Below are positions 17,915 to 25,391 of a stretch of 25,391 nt of DNA, piece by piece. Each line of letters opens with the position of its first letter. Position 1 is the stretch's first letter. The notes beneath the pieces are model-generated. The model had not been told where the DNA came from. It did not search any database and saw nothing but the letters and a program-made list of their open reading frames with translations. The DNA lies in IMG/VR virus record IMGVR_UViG_3300006029_000080, positions 1 through 25,391 of that record; one strand, written 5' to 3'. The stretch is from a virus (lineage: Duplodnaviria > Caudoviricetes). Both the position numbers and the translations under genes were made by a program.

Positions 17915-20900
17915 ATGGCTCAACAAATAAAAAACACATTTCTAAAGTCTAAGATGAATAAAGATCTTGACGATAGAATATTGCCTAACGGCGAATATAG
18001 AGATGCTCGGAATATATCTGTTGGTAGATCCGAAGATAATGATGTAGGGGCCATTGAAAACATTATTGGTAATGATTTATTAACTGTTACAGAGCTTGCG
18101 GGTAATTTGACTATTATTGGGCTTTTGCCTGACAATGCTACTAATAAAATATATGTTTTCCTAACAGACTACACAGACCCTAATCCTTTAGCGCCTACTG
18201 ATGCTCCAGCTACATCTTTGCATTATATTTACGTTTATAACAATTCTACTAATGAGTATAATGTTTTAGTTCAAGGTAATTTTTTAAATTTTTCAACAAC
18301 TAATCGCATAATAGGTGTTAATTTAATTGAAAATTTATTATTTTGGACAGACAATAGAAATCAGCCTCGTAAAATAAATATAAACCCCCCAGGACAAAGA
18401 TATGGTGGTAGCCCTAATGCTTCTTACTACACTCAAGAACATCAAATATCTGTAGCAAAATACAGTCCATATCAAGCTATTAAATTATATAATAGTACTA
18501 CATTAGTGGTTGATTTACCAGGACAAGGTAGCCCAACTATAAATGCATTTTTTATTGACGGAGATATAAGAACAGAATTAACTCCGTTTATAGGCGCCAC
18601 GGTTTTATCTAGCGAAAATGGAGTTTCCGGAACTAATTATATTATAGTGGAATCATTAGGCTATAATCCTACTTCTTTACAAACAATAGTAAATGTAAGC
18701 CCAGGTTTTCCGGCTCCTTTAACAACAGATACTTATGTTACGTTAATTAAATCTACTATGACTAATGAAGCTAATACTGCTAATTGGCCTGGTGATCCAG
18801 ATTATTTAGAAGATCGTTTTGTTAGATTTAGTTATAGATTTAAGTACGACGATAACGAGTATTCTTTAATGGCTCCTTTTACTCAAATTGCATATATACC
18901 AAAGCAAAAAGGTTATTTTCTAAATGGAGATGAGGATGCGGCATATCAATCTACTGTGGTTTCTTTTATGGAGAACATGGCACAAAATATAGGTTTAGTA
19001 ATTCCGCTACCTATTAATGCTAATAGATTAATAAGCGATTACAAAATATCTGAGATTGAAATTCTTTTTAGAGAAAGCGATTCAGTAGCTGTTAAAGTTT
19101 TAGAAAGTCTTGATGTAGGTAGTGTTGTAAGTGCTAGCGGAACAAAAAACACTTATACTTACGAGTATCAATCTAGAAAGCCATATAAAACACTACCGGA
19201 AGCTCAAACAACTAGGGTTTATGATAGAGTGCCTATTAGAGCTTTTTCTCAAGAAAGTTCAGGAAATAGAATTATATATGGAAACTATAGAGATCAACAC
19301 ACCCCACCATCCAATATAAACTATAACTGTAGAATTAATGACAAAGATGTTTCTGGTAAATATACTAGTTTTATAGAATATCCTAATCATTCTGTTAAAA
19401 GAAATAGAAATTATCAAGTTGGGTTTGTTTTAGCTGATAAATTTGGTAGACAATCTCCCGTTATACTATCATCTGTAGATACAGGAGTATTAGACACTTC
19501 TGGTTTGTTTTATTTTGGGTCTACTATTTATAGCTCTTATGATGAATTACCTACAGACACTGATGTTAAATTTTGGTTTGGCGATGCTATAACTTTATTA
19601 TTAAATGCACCTATATTATCAACTAAAAATTTAGCTTTAGGTACTCCTGGATTGTATGCAATAGAGCAGCAAGCAGGTGCTATTGGCACAGGAGATGGGT
19701 TTGCTATTAATGGTAATGCAGCAATTGTTGACGATACCACTTACACGTTTTCATTAAATTCTACTTATACTGGTAATGATAACATTCCTCGTGTAGGAGA
19801 TTCTATGAGAGGAGCTTATGAAGATTTTGTTATTGTAGAAAACATAACAGGGCCATCTGGAGGAGGACAGACTTATACAGTTACTACATCTGGAAGGGTG
19901 AGTGATGTTTATCTACGAACAGATAATCTACCCTCAGGCACACCTGATATAAAATTTGCATATTTAATTAATGATTTGGGTTGGTATAGTTACAAAATAG
20001 TAGTAAAACAAACAGAGCAAGAATATTATAATGTGTATTTACCTGGTATACTTAATGGCTACCCTGGCCAATCTGGAAATGTAGGAGATCCTACCGCTTT
20101 ACCTACGCCTATACCTGCTGAAGCGGGAGGTATTGACAATGGTTTGTTTCCTTCTGACGAAACAAATAGAACAGCATTTACAGTATTATTTAATGATAAT
20201 ATAAATAAAATACCTAGAGATTTAGCAGAGGTAGGACCAGATCAAAAACAATATAGAAGCTCAGTTACTTTGTACGGTAGAGTAACTAATATAATGACAA
20301 TAGATGCAGGAGCGGCACCTTTCGCTAGTTCTGTAGCATATAATGCTCAGTATTTCCCAAGAGTTTCTTCTAAAGGAAAAGTTGCAATTTCTCATACATC
20401 GACAGCTATAGCTAGAGCAAAAGAAGTAAATATGGGCTTTTCAAATTTATCAACTGAAGACGACACTACAGTTAATACACCTGGTTCTAACCCTCCCGTA
20501 AATACTGGAGCTACTAACGGCAACAAAGTGTTCTATCAATTAGACACTAACCCGTTAATTTCAAGAATATCTACAATCGATAAATCTATAGGGGCTACTG
20601 CTTTAAATTTTCTTTTAGGTGCTGGTACCGGTGACAATTTAAACGTTCCGCTAAATACAGCTAATATGACTCCGTATTTAGCTATATATGAAACAGAGCC
20701 TGTAGAATCTCTTCTTGATATATATTGGGAAACTACATCTGAGGGTCTTATAGTTGACTTAAACGCAGCTGTATTATCTAATACACCCGCCGCTACTTCT
20801 TTTCAAGGAGTAAATTGGGATTTTTCAGAAGACACACTGCCTGGAACTATAGTAACACCTGGTTATTTTGTTCCTGCTGACGCTACCGGCAACCCTATAA

Positions 20901-22741
20901 CTACTCTTCAAACGGAAGCTACTATAGTATCACAAACTGATGCTAATGGTGATACCGTTGAGCTTTTTTCTATTGTCGCAGGAAGTAGTGGTGATTATGC
21001 TTTAAAGTACACTGGAATTAGTAATAATACTCAACCTTTATTATTTACTGAAAATAGTAGAGAAGTTAATGTTTATAGTTTTGTTATAAAAGTTGATGTT
21101 ATAGATTCTAATGGAGATATAGTAAGTAACAATATTCCTTTAACGGGTGTTGAAGAGGGATTTGGAGCTTTAAAAAATTTACCACCTACTTTAGTTACTC
21201 CTCCTGTTATGCCGGCTTTTGAAACGACTATTGATAACCCGGTATTAATACAACCTTTTATACCAACACCAGGAGGGCCTAAATGGACTGCAGCAGATCC
21301 TAAAAATGGAACAGCCAATACTATTCCAGGAGTAAATATACAACAATTACAATTTAGAATAACTACTCCAACAACAGATTACCCAGATAATTGGGAAATG
21401 AATATAAATACAGGAGAATTAACTCAATTAGTCCCAGGTGATATATTGCCAAACGGAGAAACATTTAATGGAAATCCCAATGGCGTTTATCCTATAGAAA
21501 TAACTGTAACAGACGCAAACGGAGTAGTATTAGCAACTCCTACTGACTATGAGCCTAAATCAATTAGCTTTAATACGTCAATTACAATGGGAACTACGGG
21601 GGTTAATCCTGGAGCTCTTACACAGGTTTGTGTAGTAGACCCGGCTAATCCCGGTGGCGGTACACAGGTAATTACATCTCAAAATATTGGAGATTCATTA
21701 AATGCAGTATGGTTAATTGTTGATCCAGCTACTACAAACTATAATTATACCGGCTTTTTTGATAATGGGGCAACAATAACACCAAAATTTATAGGAACTG
21801 AAGCACATACGCGCGGAACAATATTATTTTCTATTTGTACTTCTCAAGAAGGAAATGGAAGTAGTGCTAGCACATATAATACAGGAAATTTTAAAATATA
21901 CTATAGAAAAGCAGGTGAAGCTTCTTGGGAATTGCTTTCTAGAAATTTAGAATACAATCAAGCAGGGTTTGATGGTAATACTCAATCTATGCCTTCTTTT
22001 TCTAACTGGCCTGATTATGCTACTACAAACGGAACAACTGGATATTTGATGCGCTCAGATGGTACACAAATTAATAAATTTACTAATTTTGTAAGAGCCG
22101 TAGATTACCCAGATTTACCTAGTAATGGATCTCCTGTAGAATATGCAATAATTATGGAAGGATTTGGAAAAGCTTCAGGCGTTCCGAATACAAATGACAA
22201 TAGAGCTTATGCTTGGGTAACTACCGATGATGTTCATAACCCTTCTTGTTTACCTTGGTGGAGTGTATCGCCTCCGGGATCTTCATTTGGATATGGAATA
22301 AATGCTGCTGATTCTGCTTACAAAAATAGTGCGGGGAGTTATGAATACTATAGATCAAGTGAAAGTACTACTTTTCCCAGTGAGGGGACGCCCGATGTAA
22401 ATAATATATTGTTTGCGGAAACTCCTTATGCGGAATATGTTAATCAGCTATTTACAAATGCCGCACTGACTACTCCTTATGTTCCTTCTAGTGGGCAATC
22501 TATACGCTTACAAAGATTTTTAACAAATGCAGCTGGAGATAATTTTCCTCCATCTCCCTGGACTAATAGTCCAACAAGTGGGGCAACTACAGTTGCTCTT
22601 ACTTGGTCTGTACAATATAGTAGTATTGATGGATTAAGAGTTGATAACACTCTTTTTCCAGAGACTGGATGTAAAGCAGGATTATTTCCAAATGGAGAAA
22701 CAGGACAGCAATATTATAGTACATCTAGAATAAAAAATTAA
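17915..22741 (+). CDS. Tail stabilisation/muzzle-like protein, N-terminal part, with appended Ig/cadherin-like domains
   Basis: N-terminal KMNKDLDDR..PNGEYRDARNI, LLFWTDNRNQPRKIN, FVRFSYRFKY.DNEYS, GNRIIYGNY, YQVG.V..DKFGRQSPV. The C-terminal ~650 aa are Thr/Gly/Pro-rich and variable-looking. Confidence 0.72.
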   Translation: MAQQIKNTFLKSKMNKDLDDRILPNGEYRDARNISVGRSEDNDVGAIENIIGNDLLTVTELAGNLTIIGLLPDNATNKIYVFLTDYTDPNPLAPTDAPATSLHYIYVYNNSTNEYNVLVQGNFLNFSTTNRIIGVNLIENLLFWTDNRNQPRKININPPGQRYGGSPNASYYTQEHQISVAKYSPYQAIKLYNSTTLVVDLPGQGSPTINAFFIDGDIRTELTPFIGATVLSSENGVSGTNYIIVESLGYNPTSLQTIVNVSPGFPAPLTTDTYVTLIKSTMTNEANTANWPGDPDYLEDRFVRFSYRFKYDDNEYSLMAPFTQIAYIPKQKGYFLNGDEDAAYQSTVVSFMENMAQNIGLVIPLPINANRLISDYKISEIEILFRESDSVAVKVLESLDVGSVVSASGTKNTYTYEYQSRKPYKTLPEAQTTRVYDRVPIRAFSQESSGNRIIYGNYRDQHTPPSNINYNCRINDKDVSGKYTSFIEYPNHSVKRNRNYQVGFVLADKFGRQSPVILSSVDTGVLDTSGLFYFGSTIYSSYDELPTDTDVKFWFGDAITLLLNAPILSTKNLALGTPGLYAIEQQAGAIGTGDGFAINGNAAIVDDTTYTFSLNSTYTGNDNIPRVGDSMRGAYEDFVIVENITGPSGGGQTYTVTTSGRVSDVYLRTDNLPSGTPDIKFAYLINDLGWYSYKIVVKQTEQEYYNVYLPGILNGYPGQSGNVGDPTALPTPIPAEAGGIDNGLFPSDETNRTAFTVLFNDNINKIPRDLAEVGPDQKQYRSSVTLYGRVTNIMTIDAGAAPFASSVAYNAQYFPRVSSKGKVAISHTSTAIARAKEVNMGFSNLSTEDDTTVNTPGSNPPVNTGATNGNKVFYQLDTNPLISRISTIDKSIGATALNFLLGAGTGDNLNVPLNTANMTPYLAIYETEPVESLLDIYWETTSEGLIVDLNAAVLSNTPAATSFQGVNWDFSEDTLPGTIVTPGYFVPADATGNPITTLQTEATIVSQTDANGDTVELFSIVAGSSGDYALKYTGISNNTQPLLFTENSREVNVYSFVIKVDVIDSNGDIVSNNIPLTGVEEGFGALKNLPPTLVTPPVMPAFETTIDNPVLIQPFIPTPGGPKWTAADPKNGTANTIPGVNIQQLQFRITTPTTDYPDNWEMNINTGELTQLVPGDILPNGETFNGNPNGVYPIEITVTDANGVVLATPTDYEPKSISFNTSITMGTTGVNPGALTQVCVVDPANPGGGTQVITSQNIGDSLNAVWLIVDPATTNYNYTGFFDNGATITPKFIGTEAHTRGTILFSICTSQEGNGSSASTYNTGNFKIYYRKAGEASWELLSRNLEYNQAGFDGNTQSMPSFSNWPDYATTNGTTGYLMRSDGTQINKFTNFVRAVDYPDLPSNGSPVEYAIIMEGFGKASGVPNTNDNRAYAWVTTDDVHNPSCLPWWSVSPPGSSFGYGINAADSAYKNSAGSYEYYRSSESTTFPSEGTPDVNNILFAETPYAEYVNQLFTNAALTTPYVPSSGQSIRLQRFLTNAAGDNFPPSPWTNSPTSGATTVALTWSVQYSSIDGLRVDNTLFPETGCKAGLFPNGETGQQYYSTSRIKN

Positions 22742-22743
22742 AT

Positions 22744-24318
22744 ATGGGGGCAATAATAGAATTAAAATATTTTAATACATTCTGGTTAAAAAAAATCAAG
22801 ACTATTACCGACTTAGAACCTGGAGTTGCAGGCGTTGAAGTAGTTACTGTAACAGGAGCTGGAATAGAAACTAATATAGCTCTAAACGCTACTCAAATAA
22901 ATATCGGGCAAGAGGTTACTATAAGTTATATTAATTTAGGAGTTCCGGTTAATTTTGTTAGTTATGTAACAGAAATTGTTTCTGCTACTATTTTCAAAAC
23001 AAAAGACACATTGCAATCTCTACCTCCTGCTGGAACACCAATAATATTTGGACCGATAGTAAATTTTGATCAAATACCTCAAGTTTATGCAGGCACAGAA
23101 GCTAGTGATTGGCTTATAGAAGAGTCTAGAATACGGGGAGGGTATAATAATACATCGGTAGATTTTGGGGTTAAAGCCTATATAGTAGAAGATGAGCCTA
23201 GACAATCCCATAAATTTAGTGGATTAATATATTCAGGCATATTTAACTCTAGAACTGGTTTTAACGCAACTAATCAGTTTAGTGTAGGTGAAGATATAAC
23301 AAGGACTATAGACCCTTCTAATGGCTCTATACAGCGCTTATACGCAGAAGATACTAACCTTATTATATTTCAAGAAAGTAAAGTAAGTAAATCTTTAATA
23401 GATAAAGACGCTATATATTCTGCCGAAGGAAATGCCAGTGTTACTAGTCGTAATTTAGTTATAGGACAAAATGTAGCATTTGGTGGAGAATATGGGATTA
23501 GTAAAGACCCAGAATCTTTTGCAGTTAATGGTTATAGAAAATATTTTACAGATAGAGATCAAAATGTGGTTTGTAGATTATCTATGGACGGGATAACTGT
23601 AATATCAAATTATGGTATGACTGATTATTTCAGAGACAAATTGTCTACAGCTACGTCCGGCGGAATCAAAGCCGGTTGGGATGCACATAATAAACAGTAT
23701 GTCTTATCAATAACATCGAAGCTTTCAAATCAAAGAGGATCCAGCACTGAAAATAATACATTAGCATTTGATGACACGGTAAAAGGATGGGTTAGCTTTT
23801 TTGATTATGACCCAAATAATATATTTAGTCTTAATAATGATTATTTTACAACTACACAAGGTAAAATTTTTAAACATTATACTTTAGCTACAAATTCAAT
23901 TACTAGAGCAAATTTTTATGGAACAACCTACGATTCTAATGTAACAGCGGTTTTAAATGGAGCTCCTTCTACAGTGAAAAATTTTCAAACTATAAATTAC
24001 GAAGGTAGTTCTGATTGGGCTATGGAAAGTTTTATAACAAATACCGATATTGCTTTACCTATTTCTCCAGCGGTTTTTCCTACAACATTAAGTCAAATAG
24101 AAGCCTCCCTATTAGTAAATAGTTTTAAAATTAAAGAAGATAAATATTACGCTGATCTTGTTAATAATACTCCTTCCCAAAACGGAGAAATTGTTTGGGG
24201 CTCTTCATCTTCCGGATTAAAAGGATTTTTTGGAGAAGTAAAAATGAAAATAAATAATCAAAATACAGGCAAAAAAGAATTATTTGCAGTAAGCACAACT
24301 TTTGTGCAATCATCTTAA
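22744..24318 (+). CDS. Tail stabilisation/muzzle-like protein, C-terminal part (beta-propeller-like)
   Basis: LIYSGIFNSRTG.N..NQF, GSIQRL, GEYGISKDPESFA..G..KYFTD, GWVSFFDY, KNFQTINYEG, KELFAVS. Confidence 0.72.
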   Translation: MGAIIELKYFNTFWLKKIKTITDLEPGVAGVEVVTVTGAGIETNIALNATQINIGQEVTISYINLGVPVNFVSYVTEIVSATIFKTKDTLQSLPPAGTPIIFGPIVNFDQIPQVYAGTEASDWLIEESRIRGGYNNTSVDFGVKAYIVEDEPRQSHKFSGLIYSGIFNSRTGFNATNQFSVGEDITRTIDPSNGSIQRLYAEDTNLIIFQESKVSKSLIDKDAIYSAEGNASVTSRNLVIGQNVAFGGEYGISKDPESFAVNGYRKYFTDRDQNVVCRLSMDGITVISNYGMTDYFRDKLSTATSGGIKAGWDAHNKQYVLSITSKLSNQRGSSTENNTLAFDDTVKGWVSFFDYDPNNIFSLNNDYFTTTQGKIFKHYTLATNSITRANFYGTTYDSNVTAVLNGAPSTVKNFQTINYEGSSDWAMESFITNTDIALPISPAVFPTTLSQIEASLLVNSFKIKEDKYYADLVNNTPSQNGEIVWGSSSSGLKGFFGEVKMKINNQNTGKKELFAVSTTFVQSS

Positions 24319-24328
24319 ATCAAATTAA

Positions 24329-24793
24329 ATGAACAATGAATTATCAATTAATTTTATAAAACAATTAGAAGTATTACAAAATGCGCTTATAGAAAGTAAT
24401 GAAGAAGGAATATATGGAGATGGTAAAAATTTAGTTAACAATGAAGAATTTCCAATAACTAATAATTTTACCGACGGACTGTATATGCGCCAAATGAAAA
24501 TGAAAGCTGATACTATGGTTATAAGTGCTTTGCACCATACAAATCATTTTTGGTTTTTATTATCAGGTAAAGTAATAGTGCAAGCTGATAATGAAACTGT
24601 AGAGCATGTAGCTCCTTGTTGGTCATACTCTTTAAAAGGAACTAAAAGATTAATTAAATGTGTGGAGGATTGTGTTTGGATAAACATAATAGCAAATCCC
24701 ACAGATACTAGAAATATAGAAGAGGTAGAGAATAATTTCTTTTCCTTTACAATGGAAGAATACAATAAAAAAGAAAAATTATGTCAGGAATGA
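24329..24793 (+). CDS. Cupin-fold protein
   Basis: FTDGLYMRQM.M...T.VIS.LH...H.WFLLSGKV.V and APC...S..GTKR.I...EDCVWINI give a cupin-like beta-barrel pattern. Confidence 0.65.
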   Translation: MNNELSINFIKQLEVLQNALIESNEEGIYGDGKNLVNNEEFPITNNFTDGLYMRQMKMKADTMVISALHHTNHFWFLLSGKVIVQADNETVEHVAPCWSYSLKGTKRLIKCVEDCVWINIIANPTDTRNIEEVENNFFSFTMEEYNKKEKLCQE

Positions 24794-25391
24794 TTGTAGC
24801 CGCTGGTATAGGAGCGGCAACCCAGATAATCGGCGGAATATTTGGCGGAAGAAAAGCCAAAAAACAAGCTAGAGCAGCAGCTAGAGAAAAGAAAAGAATT
24901 CAAGGGGCTATAAACGCTTTTGAAAGAAACAGGCAAGATGTTATAAATCCTTATTCTGATGTTAAGTCTTTAGCTGGATTAGCTACTGATCTTAGTGGGG
25001 AAATGTCTAACCCGTATGCAGACTTAGGAGTGGCTACGAGTGCCGCTGAAATACAAATGGAACAAACTGACTTAGCTTTAGCCGCGACTCTAGATACATT
25101 ACAAGCAACTGGCGCAAGTGCTGGAGGAGCTACTGCTTTAGCAAATGCTGCCGCTAGAAGTAAAAAAGACGTGGCTGCAGATATTGAAAAACAAGAAGCT
25201 CAAAACGAAAAGTTAGCCGCACAGGGTGAAGCTGAATTGCAATCAAAACAATTAGCTGAACAAGCAAGGATACAAGCAATACAAATTTCAGAAGGCGGTA
25301 GAGCTCAAGAGGCAATGGGTAAAGGAAAGGCATTTCAATTTGAGGCTCAAGAGCAAAGAGATCAAGCTAAGCTTGACAGAATGTCAGCGGG
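24781..25391 (+). CDS. Putative internal virion/ejection (DNA pilot-like) protein, 3'-truncated (absent from the ORF track)
   Basis: Hand translation: MSGMIVAAGIGAATQIIGGIFGGRKAKKQARAAAREKKR..NPYADLGVAT.AAEIQ..GASAGGATALA... Open to the window end. A Gly/Ala hydrophobic N-terminus, a basic patch and Ala/Gln coiled coil are typical of podovirus ejection proteins. Confidence 0.72.
   Translation, partial: MSGMIVAAGIGAATQIIGGIFGGRKAKKQARAAAREKKRIQGAINAFERNRQDVINPYSDVKSLAGLATDLSGEMSNPYADLGVATSAAEIQMEQTDLALAATLDTLQATGASAGGATALANAAARSKKDVAADIEKQEAQNEKLAAQGEAELQSKQLAEQARIQAIQISEGGRAQEAMGKGKAFQFEAQEQRDQAKLDRMSA

Noticed and set aside
7802-19319. Alternative-frame + strand ORFs 7802-8155, 15944-16132 and 19131-19319
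   Set aside because: They are nested in long conserved genes with no recognisable features. None has a lipobox, so an embedded o-spanin is not supported.

Overview
The whole window is AT-rich, densely coded on the + strand, and reads as the late (morphogenesis) region of a crAss-like podovirus, probably an aquatic phage of Bacteroidetes/Flavobacteriia. The host inference rests on SD-less A-rich leaders and a signal peptide with Gln at +1. Left part (1-7260): a 5'-truncated phage GroEL, GroES, a winged-helix-like protein, a lysis-type cluster (M15 peptidase, two very basic small proteins, holin), many small ORFs and a tandem double-GroES-like protein. Right part (7205-25391): putative TerS, TerL, portal, acidic scaffold-like protein, major capsid protein, a conserved capsid-module protein, two tail ring-like proteins, a muzzle/stabilisation protein apparently split over two genes, a cupin, and a 3'-truncated ejection-like protein. 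The strongest candidate for a novel system is a three-part phage chaperonin: a GroEL with deletions at both inter-ring contact regions, a short GroES, and a Cpn20-like two-domain co-chaperonin next to the packaging and capsid genes. No tRNA, CRISPR array, intron or stop-codon recoding was seen. All family assignments come from recalled motifs and synteny, not database searches.
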